A stretch of 64,000 nt of DNA, from the IMG/VR virus record IMGVR_UViG_2663763457_000002; one strand, written 5' to 3'. Each line of letters opens with the position of its first letter. Positions within the stretch are counted from its first letter, which is position 1. Under the pieces are notes generated by a model. That model saw only the letters and a program-made list of their open reading frames with translations, was not told where the DNA came from and made no database searches. Positions 39,205 to 48,259 of the stretch are shown one piece after another. The translations under genes and the position numbers were made by a program. The stretch comes from a virus.

Positions 39205-39839
39205 GAAAATACACCATCAACGTATCGTTTCAGACCCGCGTGAACAAAACCACGCGCACGCTGGAGATTGCCGAATCGTTCGGTCTTGGCCTAGACGAAA
39301 AAGAGTGGACGCTTTACGACAATCTGGAGCTGGAAGTGAAGCAGGGCGATGTGGTGTACATCACCGGCCAATCCGGTTCCGGTAAATCCGTTGTGCTGCG
39401 CGAGCTGCAACGCCAGATGAAGGATGAAGGGCTTTCTGTAGCCTCCATCGATGACTTTACCTTCGACAATGAGGTTAACGTCATTGACCAGCTGGGCAAA
39501 ACCACCAGCGAAGCGCTGGGGCTGCTGTCTATGGCTGGATTGAATGACGCCTATCTCTTTGTGCGTAAGCCATCCGAGATGTCTGACGGCCAGAAATACC
39601 GTCTCAAGATCGCCAAGCTGATCGAGTCCGGCGCGAAAGTCTGGGCTGCCGACGAATTTGGCGCTGTTCTCGACCGTGTAACCGCCCAGGTTGTGGCGTC
39701 GAACCTCCAGCGTGCCGCCCGTAAGGTTGGTGCGACGGTAATGGTAGCGACGACCCACGAAGACCTGAAGAACGCGCTGCGCCCGGATATGCAGATCACC
39801 AAGCACTACAAAGAACGCGTGAAGGTGGAATATGCCTGA
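39201..39839 (+). CDS. Stand-alone ABC-type ATPase
   Basis: GQSGSGKS, MSDGQ signature, ADEF..LD, TTH. Confidence 0.88.
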   Translation: MRKYTINVSFQTRVNKTTRTLEIAESFGLGLDEKEWTLYDNLELEVKQGDVVYITGQSGSGKSVVLRELQRQMKDEGLSVASIDDFTFDNEVNVIDQLGKTTSEALGLLSMAGLNDAYLFVRKPSEMSDGQKYRLKIAKLIESGAKVWAADEFGAVLDRVTAQVVASNLQRAARKVGATVMVATTHEDLKNALRPDMQITKHYKERVKVEYA

Positions 39840-40086
39840 TTTGAAGATCGTAGAGCTGAAGCCATCGAAAGAGGCTGACAACAACAACGTTGAAGTCATC
39901 CGCCTGCTGGAAGAAGCACTCCAGTACGCCAGAGAAGGCAAAAGCCAGAGCCTGGCACTGCTGATGATCAACAACGACGGCAGTGTGCTGGATTGCTGGC
40001 ATAACGGTGGGCGTCCATACGTCATGGTTGGGGCGATGGAATCGCTTCGCCTGGACTTCATCAATGCCAATATCGAGCGTAGGTGA
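39832..40086 (+). CDS. Hypothetical protein
   Basis: 84-aa ORF overlapping both neighbours. Confidence 0.7.
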   Translation: MPDLKIVELKPSKEADNNNVEVIRLLEEALQYAREGKSQSLALLMINNDGSVLDCWHNGGRPYVMVGAMESLRLDFINANIERR

Positions 40087-40982
40087 TCGACATGACAGGC
40101 ATCATCATCAAACGCTACCGCCCGGAAGAGTTCCCGCGTCATCTGGACTTTCTGGAGCGTATGACCGTAACCAAAGGCACGGTTGAAGACTGGCACGCGC
40201 TGAAGTCGCTGCACTACAAGACGGATGGTAAGCCGTTCGCGCCAACGTATTATCGCTGCGAACTGGACGACCGGTTGGTGGGCGTCGTGGTTATGGCTTA
40301 CCCGAAACTGCTGCTGGCGCCTCGCCATCGCATGTTTCCTAAGCTGAAGCCAACCACCAATACCACCGTGGCCAACCAGTATTGGGGCCGGTACGTGAAC
40401 AACAACTTTGCGGTGATCAGCCGTTCCGTTGTTGACACTCAGTACCGCGGTGTCGGCGTCTCCTATCGAATGATTAATCTGGTTAGCAGGATGCACGACC
40501 GGCCAATCATCGAGATCCAGTCGTCGATGAGCAAATACAACCCGTTCGCCATGAAAGCAGGGTTCCAGTTCATCCGTCCGGAGCGTCCGAAGAGCTATGA
40601 GAGTGCGTTGCGCGTCTTCCAGCGTCATTTCCGTTCTGACCCTGGCGACAACGAAGCGATTGTCAAAGAGCTGTTCGCTATGAGTGAGTCTCGCCGTCGT
40701 CGTGCGCTGCGCGATCTGGTCGCTGACTACCACAAGAACAGTTCCCTGGCCAAAGCCGGGCGTAATCGTGGCACGACGATTCAGGACATTGCCGACAGCC
40801 TGGTGGACGAGGCCAGCATCGTGAAGCTGCTCAAGGACATTCACAACCTGAGCTTCACGTCTCCGCTGTATGGCGTGTACCGAAACCCGGACTTTGGTCG
40901 TCAGCTGCCGGACACGCTGCCACTGCTGGCATTCGACAAACAGCCTTTGAATAAACCTCTTGAAATTGCATTACCGGCATAA
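40083..40982 (+). CDS. GNAT-fold acyltransferase-like protein (start may be 40092)
   Basis: ISRSVVDTQYRGVGV matches the acyl-CoA-binding motif A; also SLHY and NPFAMKAGF. Confidence 0.7.
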   Translation: MIDMTGIIIKRYRPEEFPRHLDFLERMTVTKGTVEDWHALKSLHYKTDGKPFAPTYYRCELDDRLVGVVVMAYPKLLLAPRHRMFPKLKPTTNTTVANQYWGRYVNNNFAVISRSVVDTQYRGVGVSYRMINLVSRMHDRPIIEIQSSMSKYNPFAMKAGFQFIRPERPKSYESALRVFQRHFRSDPGDNEAIVKELFAMSESRRRRALRDLVADYHKNSSLAKAGRNRGTTIQDIADSLVDEASIVKLLKDIHNLSFTSPLYGVYRNPDFGRQLPDTLPLLAFDKQPLNKPLEIALPA

Positions 40983-40991
40983 GGATTTGCC

Positions 40992-41258
40992 ATGACGTTG
41001 ACCGACAAACAAAAAGACATCATCAAAACCATCAATTTAGGCCATGAGCGTGGGCATCTGCTCGATCTGGACGAGCTGCTTGAAGTGCTGCCGTACAAAA
41101 CGACCAAACAGAGTATGCAGTTCTCTATCCGCGCTCTGGTGAAAAAGGGGCTGGTGAAGAAAGGAATGTGTCGCCAGCGCGGTGATTCCGGCTACCACCG
41201 TCGCACGCTGGGACTGACCACGTTAGGTCGTGCCAGAGCCAAATTACTGGTGATGTAA
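40992..41258 (+). CDS. Winged-helix DNA-binding protein
   Basis: LTDKQKDII...SIRALVKKGLV...LTTLGR, a MarR-like pattern. Confidence 0.7.
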   Translation: MTLTDKQKDIIKTINLGHERGHLLDLDELLEVLPYKTTKQSMQFSIRALVKKGLVKKGMCRQRGDSGYHRRTLGLTTLGRARAKLLVM

Positions 41259-41260
41259 GT

Positions 41261-41359
41261 CGGTCTGGGAGCCAGTTTGAGAGCCTGCTTCCGTATATAT
41301 AAATACTAAGTGACTTATTAAATATATACGGAAGCAGGTTCTGAATACTCCCCAGCCCG
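41261..41359. repeat. Long palindrome, copy 2
   Basis: Perfect 17-bp arms CCTGCTTCCGTATATAT/ATATATACGGAAGCAGG around an AT-rich core. Confidence 0.85.
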
Positions 41360-41453
41360 GTTTTAAACACCCAGAAAACAAATTGGTTAGGCACTGAATT
41401 AAACAAGTTGTTTAGGAGCGCAAGGATGCGCTCTGAGTGTTTTAGAGGGATCT

Positions 41454-42095
41454 ATGACTGTAGAAAAAGACGAGAGCAAAACTCGCCTGACACCAGCTGA
41501 GTGGGCAGAAGCCGAAGCGAAGTGGACTTCCGGCGAATACACACTCTCCAAGCTGGAGGAAGAGTACGGCATTCGTCGTGAAACGCTCTCCAGACATTTC
41601 AAAAAGCGTGGATTAGAGAAAGGCGCGGACTCCGTTGGGAAGATGGTGCGCGAGTCGCTTAAATCCGACGCAGAGCTGCGTGCGAAGGCGCGTGCAGAGA
41701 AAATCGAAGAGCGCCGGACTCGTTACGACGATTGGGCGTTCGCACTCGGTCGTATGGTGATGCATGAGGTGGCCACAGCTAAGAAGGACGGCAGGCCACT
41801 GGCAGCCATCGAAGATGACCTGAAGAGTCTCCAGCGTGCCAGCGGCACACTCGCTAAGTGCTTCGAAATATCGTCGAAAGCGCTCGGTATGGATCGCGTG
41901 GAGAACGAGGACGACGAAATCCCGAACCTGGTATTTGGCGAACTTACGCCTTCCCAGGTGGCGCACCTGCGTAAGGAAGATGATGAGCCGGATCTGATTG
42001 ATGACGATCTGCTTGAGTCACTCGAAGAGGAAGCACTGAGCGAAGCTGAGGGCGATTCTGACGCGTCTGGTGATGAAAGTGATGGGAGCGTCTAA
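41454..42095 (+). CDS. Putative terminase small subunit
   Basis: N-terminal HTH, acidic tail, immediately upstream of the large subunit. Confidence 0.75.
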   Translation: MTVEKDESKTRLTPAEWAEAEAKWTSGEYTLSKLEEEYGIRRETLSRHFKKRGLEKGADSVGKMVRESLKSDAELRAKARAEKIEERRTRYDDWAFALGRMVMHEVATAKKDGRPLAAIEDDLKSLQRASGTLAKCFEISSKALGMDRVENEDDEIPNLVFGELTPSQVAHLRKEDDEPDLIDDDLLESLEEEALSEAEGDSDASGDESDGSV

Positions 42096-42097
42096 CT

Positions 42098-43354
42098 ATG
42101 GCCATCCCGTCGTCTCTAAGTCTCGTACAGCTGCATTCTGGGCAGATGCAAGTCTTCCAGTCGCCACATCGTTTCAAAGTGGTGTGTGCGGGTCGACGCT
42201 GGGGTAAATCCCGGTTGTCGATCTCCACCATCATCCGCGCGGCAGCCAAAGAGAAGAAGCAACGTGTCTGGTACGTCGCACCGACTTACCAGATGGCTCG
42301 CCAGATCTTGTGGGATGACCTGCAGGAAGTTCTGCCGCGTAAATGGGTTCGTAAGAAAAACGACACCACGATGACCATCGTGCTGAAGAACGGCTCTGAA
42401 ATCGCGCTGAAAGGTGCGGATAAGCCCGATACGCTTCGTGGTGTGGCACTGCACTTTGTGGTGCTCGATGAATTTCAGGATATGAAGCCGGACACCTGGT
42501 ACAAGGTACTGCGTCCGACACTGTCCTCTACCCGTGGCGGTGCGCTGATCATCGGTACGCCAAAAGGCTTCTCCGAGTTCCACAAGCTGTGGACTATCGG
42601 TCAGAACAAAGATTTGCAACGCAAGGGGCAGTGGAAGAGCTGGCAGTTCGTTACGGCTGATTCTCCGTTCGTACCGAGCGCGGAAATCGAAGCAGCGAAG
42701 AACGATATGGACCCTAAATCGTTCGCACAGGAATACCTGGCCAGCTTCGAAAACATGTCCGGACGCGTTTACTACCCGTTCGACCGCAATGTGCATGTGA
42801 AGCCACTCCAGTTCAATCCGAAACTGCCGATCTGGGTTGGTCAGGACTTCAACATCGACCCTATGTCATCGGTCATCCTGCAGCCGCAGCCAAATGGCGA
42901 GTTGTGGGCCGTGGACGAGGTTGTGCTGTTCTCTTCCAACACGGCTGAAGTGTGTGATGAGCTGGAGCGCCGTTTCTGGCGCTGGAAGTCTCAGGTCACT
43001 ATCTTCCCTGACCCGGCAGGTGCGTATCGCCAGCACGCACGCGGCGAATCGGACGTCGATATCTTCAAGGAAAAAGGTTTCCTTCGAGTCGATTATCCGA
43101 AGAAGCACCCGCCGATCGCAGACCGTGTGAACGCAGTGAACCGCATGTTGATGAGTGCCTCGGGCGAAACCCGGTTGTATATCGATCCGAAGTGCAAACA
43201 CCTCATCGACTCGCTGGAGAAGGTGATCTACAAGCCTGGCTCACGCGATATGGATAAGACTGGCGGCATCGAACACAGTGCGGATGCGTTGGGTTATCCG
43301 GTTCATCGTAGGTATCCGGTGAAAAATCGTGTTATTCTTGGTGGATCTAGATAG
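42098..43354 (+). CDS. terL: Terminase large subunit
   Basis: AGRRWGKS, VAPT, LRG..VVLDE, GTP, GQDFN, HSADALGY. Confidence 0.95.
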   Translation: MAIPSSLSLVQLHSGQMQVFQSPHRFKVVCAGRRWGKSRLSISTIIRAAAKEKKQRVWYVAPTYQMARQILWDDLQEVLPRKWVRKKNDTTMTIVLKNGSEIALKGADKPDTLRGVALHFVVLDEFQDMKPDTWYKVLRPTLSSTRGGALIIGTPKGFSEFHKLWTIGQNKDLQRKGQWKSWQFVTADSPFVPSAEIEAAKNDMDPKSFAQEYLASFENMSGRVYYPFDRNVHVKPLQFNPKLPIWVGQDFNIDPMSSVILQPQPNGELWAVDEVVLFSSNTAEVCDELERRFWRWKSQVTIFPDPAGAYRQHARGESDVDIFKEKGFLRVDYPKKHPPIADRVNAVNRMLMSASGETRLYIDPKCKHLIDSLEKVIYKPGSRDMDKTGGIEHSADALGYPVHRRYPVKNRVILGGSR

Positions 43355-43387
43355 GTAAGTACTTACCTAAAAGGAAAGGAAAAGCAA

Positions 43388-44962
43388 ATGGAATTGACTG
43401 ACAAGCAAATCAAAGACCTTGTGGCACGACGCCACCCTGAATATGAGAAGAAAAAAGAACATTGGGACTTCCTCGCCAGCACCTACGCTGGCGGGCGTGC
43501 CTGGTTCAACGACAATATCTTCCGTTACTTCAAAGAGGGCGATCAGGAGTTCAAAGAGCGCCTAGAACGCGCTTATCGCTTCAACCATACGCGCGAAGTG
43601 GTAAACCTCATCAACAAATACCTCTTCAAAGAGGTCATTCACCGCAACACTGATGAAGCACCGGAGCAGATCCGCAATTTCTGGAAGCGAGCCACGCGCC
43701 AGAACGCCTCCATCGATGCGTTTATGGCGGCTATCGATCTGCAATCATCCATTTATGGCCGTATCTGGGTTGTCGTGGATAGCACGATGAACGTCGATGT
43801 TGAGTCTGTTGCAGACGAGAAGAAAAATGATGCGCGTGCCTACGCTTACTGGATTTCGCCGCAGCAGCTGCTTGATGTTGCCTGGGATGAAGACGGCAAT
43901 ATGTTGTGGGCGCTGATTGTTGAAATCGCGCGCGACGACGAAGATCCGTTCACGTCAACCGGGCAGGAATACCAGCGTTACCGTCTGTGGACGCAAAACG
44001 AGTGGTATCTGTTCCGTGAAGAAGTGAAGAAAGGTTCCGGAAATAGCGGTCGCCGTCAGGCCAAAGTCGTTCTGGAGGATAGCGGCCAGCATAATTTGGG
44101 CGTGGTGCCGGTGTTCCCGGTGGATTGCATTGGTGAAAGCGAGTCTCCGTATTTCAGCCCGTCGTTGATTGACGATATTGCCTATCTTGATCGCGCCGTG
44201 GCCAACTACCTGTCGAACCTTGACGCGATTATTCAGGATCAGACATTCAGCCAGCTGGCGATCCCGGTTCAGTCATTGCTGCCGGGCGATGAAAACCACA
44301 CCAAAGTGCTTGAAATGGGGACAAAGCGCGTCTTCACCTTCGACTCTGAGAGCGGTAATCAGCCATTCTACCTGTCTCCGGACCCGAAACAGGCCCAGAT
44401 GATTATCACCACGATTAAGACGGTGATTAACGAGATCTACCATTCCGTTGGCGTGGCAGGTGAGCGAACCAAGCAGGATAACGCACAGGGCATCGATAAC
44501 TCTTCGGGCGCAGCGAAGATGTACGACTTCCAGCGCGTTAACAGTCTGCTGGTGACGAAAGCAGAGCGCCTCGAAAGGGCAGAGCGCCAGATGATGCAGC
44601 TGGCAGCGAAGTGGATGGGTGTCGAACTGGATGAAGACCACTCTCTGATCGCGTACCCGGAAAGTTTCGACATTCGCGGTCTGACTGACGAGTTTGCCGT
44701 TGCTGAGAAACTGTCGCTGCTCCAGGCGCCTGATTCTGTTCGTCGTCATCAGATGGAAATGCTCATCGAGAAGGTCTTCCCGAACATTTCCGAGGCGATG
44801 CAAAAGGAATTTCAAAAAGATCTCTTGAAATTTCCTCCAAAAAATGATCTTAACACCCTTGAAAATAAGTCAGTACTTACTTATGATCGAGATACAGCCC
44901 AAGAAAGCGGGCAAGATCAACCCCGAGGGAATGGGGACTCATCTACTCAAGAGACCGAGTGA
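43388..44962 (+). CDS. Portal protein
   Basis: Size and position after terL; HNLGVVPV motif. Confidence 0.85.
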   Translation: MELTDKQIKDLVARRHPEYEKKKEHWDFLASTYAGGRAWFNDNIFRYFKEGDQEFKERLERAYRFNHTREVVNLINKYLFKEVIHRNTDEAPEQIRNFWKRATRQNASIDAFMAAIDLQSSIYGRIWVVVDSTMNVDVESVADEKKNDARAYAYWISPQQLLDVAWDEDGNMLWALIVEIARDDEDPFTSTGQEYQRYRLWTQNEWYLFREEVKKGSGNSGRRQAKVVLEDSGQHNLGVVPVFPVDCIGESESPYFSPSLIDDIAYLDRAVANYLSNLDAIIQDQTFSQLAIPVQSLLPGDENHTKVLEMGTKRVFTFDSESGNQPFYLSPDPKQAQMIITTIKTVINEIYHSVGVAGERTKQDNAQGIDNSSGAAKMYDFQRVNSLLVTKAERLERAERQMMQLAAKWMGVELDEDHSLIAYPESFDIRGLTDEFAVAEKLSLLQAPDSVRRHQMEMLIEKVFPNISEAMQKEFQKDLLKFPPKNDLNTLENKSVLTYDRDTAQESGQDQPRGNGDSSTQETE

Positions 44963-44984
44963 TAAGTAACGAAAAGGAATTTCT

Positions 44985-45881
44985 ATGAATCTGTGGCAAA
45001 TGCTTATGGCCCGTCGTGGCCTGATGGATGTAGCTGAAGCGCATGAGCGCGGAGGCGCTGGTGGCGGTGCTCCTGCTGGAGACAATGAGCAGGGCAATCA
45101 AGACCCAGGCAAACAGGGCGAGCAAAAAGAGCAACCGAAGGGTGACGACGACGAGTATGCCGGTATGACTCAGGAAGAGTTGCTGGCAGAACTGCGTAAG
45201 TCCAAGAAAGCCGGTGCTGACCTGCTGAAAGAGAACATGAAGCGCAAGGAGAAAGAGCGCACATTGGCCGATCAGCTGGCTCAGTACGGTGATATTGACC
45301 CGGCGCGTGCTCGCCAGCTTCTCGAAGCTGAACAAGCCGCAGAAACCGCACGTCGGGAGGCGGAGCAGGCTGAACTGGAACGCCGTGGTGAGTTCGATGC
45401 TGTGAAAAAGCAGATGATCGAAGCGCACCAGGCTGAACTGGCACAGCGCGACGAACGCTACTCCACTCTGGAGAGCGAGAACGCCGCACTGAAGGCTCAA
45501 CTGGTCGAAATGACTGTTGGCGCTTCCTTCAGTGGCTCTGCCTTCCTGCGTGACAAAGTTCTGATGACTCCGGCTAAGGCTCGCGTTATCTACGGCTCTC
45601 ATTTCGAAGTGGGTGAAGACGGTAGTGTTGTGGGCTTTGATAAGCCAGCCGGTCAGAAAGAACGTGCAGTTCTGGTTGACGGTGAAGGCAAACCGTTACC
45701 GTTCGAATCCGCGATTGAGCGCATTCTGCGTGCAGATCCGGAAGCTGACGCACTGTTGCGCAGCGAAGCCAAGCAGGGTGCTGGTTCCAATAGCAAACCG
45801 ACCCACAAAGTAAACCAGCCGAAGAGCAAGTCGACTATGGATAAGTTGACCTCCGGTCTGGGGAAAATCGGACTCAAGTAA
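44985..45881 (+). CDS. Capsid scaffolding protein
   Basis: Coiled coil, charged; between portal and capsid genes. Confidence 0.75.
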   Translation: MNLWQMLMARRGLMDVAEAHERGGAGGGAPAGDNEQGNQDPGKQGEQKEQPKGDDDEYAGMTQEELLAELRKSKKAGADLLKENMKRKEKERTLADQLAQYGDIDPARARQLLEAEQAAETARREAEQAELERRGEFDAVKKQMIEAHQAELAQRDERYSTLESENAALKAQLVEMTVGASFSGSAFLRDKVLMTPAKARVIYGSHFEVGEDGSVVGFDKPAGQKERAVLVDGEGKPLPFESAIERILRADPEADALLRSEAKQGAGSNSKPTHKVNQPKSKSTMDKLTSGLGKIGLK

Positions 45882-45907
45882 CATCTTAAATCATAGGGAA
45901 ATGAAAG

Positions 45908-46783
45908 ATGCCATTACTGCGTGATGAAGCTGAAAAGCTGTCTAACAACGAACTTGAGCAGGGTGTGATCGAGACCATCATCGATCGCGATGACCTGTTC
46001 GCTGTTCTGCCTTTCATGAAGATTAATTCTAAGGCATACCTCTACAACCGCGAAGCTACCCTGAGCGAAGCAACCTTCATTGATGTGAATGACACCATCT
46101 CTGAAGGCGCTGCAACCTTCACCGAACACGTTGCGAAGCTGCGTATCCTGGCAGGCGACGTAGACGTCGACAAATTCCTGGCGACCACTATGTCCGACAC
46201 CAACAACCAGCTGGCAATCCAGGTTCGTCAGAAGGTGAAAGGTCTGGCTCGCGCATTCCGCCGCAACCTGATTCTGGGCGACTCCAGCACCAACACCAAA
46301 GCGTTCGACGGTATTCCGAAGCTGATGCACGACGATCAGAAGATCGACATCGAAGGCGCTTCCATGACCTTTTCCATGTTCGACGAGCTGGTCGACGCGG
46401 TGAAAGATCTGGGCGCAGACTGCATCATGATGCGTTCCGAGCACCTGCGTGCTTACCGCGCTCTGCTGCGTACCGTTAGCCTCGGCCCGTCCGAAATCAT
46501 GATGGAAAACTTCGGTCGTCCGATGCTGTGCCACAACGGTGTACCGTTCATCGTGAACGACTTCATCCCGGCTGACGCGGGCAAAGCAAGCATTTACTGC
46601 CTGCACCTGTCCGAAGAGAACGGTGTGACTGGTCTGTATGGCGGTGAAAACGCCGGTATCGTTGTTGAGAACATCGGTACTGTTCAGAACAAAGACGCAA
46701 CCCGTACCCGCGTTAAGTGGTACTGCTCTCTGGCGAACAAGCACGACAAGGCTATCGCCGCGCTGACCAACGTAAAAATTTGA
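45908..46783 (+). CDS. Major capsid protein
   Basis: HK97-like size and position; GDVDVDKF, FDGI, RVKWY. Confidence 0.88.
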   Translation: MPLLRDEAEKLSNNELEQGVIETIIDRDDLFAVLPFMKINSKAYLYNREATLSEATFIDVNDTISEGAATFTEHVAKLRILAGDVDVDKFLATTMSDTNNQLAIQVRQKVKGLARAFRRNLILGDSSTNTKAFDGIPKLMHDDQKIDIEGASMTFSMFDELVDAVKDLGADCIMMRSEHLRAYRALLRTVSLGPSEIMMENFGRPMLCHNGVPFIVNDFIPADAGKASIYCLHLSEENGVTGLYGGENAGIVVENIGTVQNKDATRTRVKWYCSLANKHDKAIAALTNVKI

Positions 46784-46816
46784 TCAGTATAGTAGGTAAG
46801 TAATTATCTACCGTTT

Positions 46817-46844
46817 AAGGGTGGGCTATACGCCCACCCTTTTT
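46817..46844 (+). terminator. Intrinsic terminator after the capsid gene
   Basis: AAGGGTGGGC-tatac-GCCCACCCTT followed by T. Confidence 0.75.
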
Positions 46845-46857
46845 GTAGGAGCGAGAA

Positions 46858-47781
46858 ATGCCAGAACAAAAGATGAAGATCACGGAAGAGGCGTTTGCGG
46901 ATTTCACGGGGCATATGTGCCGTGCCGGATTCACCAATTCCATCTCCAACGAGCCTCTGAGCGAGCGCCAGCAGAACCATCTTGCGGCTTGCTTTCGGGC
47001 AATTCCGTTCACTCAGTCTGTCACCATTACACCGGCTGCGCCGTCCGTATTGGTGGGCAAAACCGTTCAACTTAGTGCAGGTATCACCATGAGCAAAAGT
47101 GCAGATTCATTCACCTGGGCGTCGGCCAATGACCAAATCGCCACTGTCAGCGGTACGGGCCTGGTTACTGGCGTGGCTCCGGGCAAAGTGAAGATCACCG
47201 CCACCGATAAGCAGACTCAGCTTTCTGCGTCAGTCGAAGTGACCGTTAAGCCTGTCAGCGTGGAGTCCGTTACCGTAACGCCAGACTCTACCTCCGTTGA
47301 GAAGGGGAAATCGGTCAAGTTGCGTGTTGATGTACAGCCGTCAAACGCAACCAATAAAAAAGTCACCTGGACTTCCAAAAATAGCGACAAAGCGACCGTT
47401 GACCAGAACGGTAACGTAGCTGGCGTAGCCGTTGGTACGGCAACCATTGAAGTGGTTTCTCAGGATGGCAGCCATAAAGCCACTGCCACGGTGAAAGTCA
47501 CTGAGCCTGTCGTTGCTGTTACTGGCGTCTCTGTCGATCCGAGCACCACCAGCGTTGAAGCCAACAAAACGGTACAGCTGACCGCGAACATCGAACCGGC
47601 TGGCGCAACCAATAAGCGCGTAACCTGGGCATCAAAAAATGCCGAGTTTGCGACGGTTGATAGCGCAACTGGACTTGTAACCGGTGTTGCTGCAGGTACT
47701 GCCACTATCGAAGTCACCACGGAAGACGGTAGCCACAAAGCGACTGCGACCGTTGAAGTGACCGCAGCACCGGCTGCGTAA
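46858..47781 (+). CDS. Ig-like (3 x Big_2) virion decoration protein
   Basis: Three repeats of V..GKTVQL...VTW.S....ATVD..G.V.GVA.GTATI. Confidence 0.88.
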   Translation: MPEQKMKITEEAFADFTGHMCRAGFTNSISNEPLSERQQNHLAACFRAIPFTQSVTITPAAPSVLVGKTVQLSAGITMSKSADSFTWASANDQIATVSGTGLVTGVAPGKVKITATDKQTQLSASVEVTVKPVSVESVTVTPDSTSVEKGKSVKLRVDVQPSNATNKKVTWTSKNSDKATVDQNGNVAGVAVGTATIEVVSQDGSHKATATVKVTEPVVAVTGVSVDPSTTSVEANKTVQLTANIEPAGATNKRVTWASKNAEFATVDSATGLVTGVAAGTATIEVTTEDGSHKATATVEVTAAPAA

Positions 47782-47824
47782 CCAACACATGGGCGGCACT
47801 GCCGCCCATTAAGTGAGAAGAAGA

Positions 47825-48259
47825 ATGAAACCAGCAAAAATTCGTTTATTGGAGCCTCAGTTTTTGGGGTACACGGGCATTCTCTGCGGTATCCAGTTTG
47901 TCGACGGCATCTCGGTTGCCGAACTGCCATTCATCGATCAGCAGCGGATTTGTGCCTCCATGCGTGCCACTACCGTTGAAGGCAAAAATGTATCTCCTTC
48001 TGCCGCATACAGCAGTCGCAATGATTTGACTGCGGACGACATTGTAGAGACGGCGGCCCCGGATATTGTGCCAATGAAACGTGGCACAGCTGAAGCGGAA
48101 ACCAAATCGGTACAGCGCTTTACTCGTGAAGAGCTGGAGTCGATTGCGGACTGCGAAGGTATTGCGGGTCTGCGTCAGATCGGCAACCAGATTGGGGTGA
48201 AAGCCAAAGGCATCGTTGAAATGATCGAAGGCATCCTGAAAGCACAGGGCGGTGAGTAA
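47825..48259 (+). CDS. Head-associated hypothetical protein
   Basis: N-terminus resembles the N-terminus of the upstream Ig protein. Confidence 0.72.
   Translation: MKPAKIRLLEPQFLGYTGILCGIQFVDGISVAELPFIDQQRICASMRATTVEGKNVSPSAAYSSRNDLTADDIVETAAPDIVPMKRGTAEAETKSVQRFTREELESIADCEGIAGLRQIGNQIGVKAKGIVEMIEGILKAQGGE

Noticed and set aside
39291..40844. 517-aa minus-strand ORF, and other long antisense ORFs such as 2349-3005, 8064-8837, 45914-46744 and 50410-51264
   Set aside because: They shadow well-supported + strand genes and have no motifs or RBS; they are by-products of codon bias.
41261..41359. Protelomerase tel site
   Set aside because: The centre is not a perfect palindrome, two copies exist, and no protelomerase gene is adjacent. 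Kept as an unexplained palindrome.
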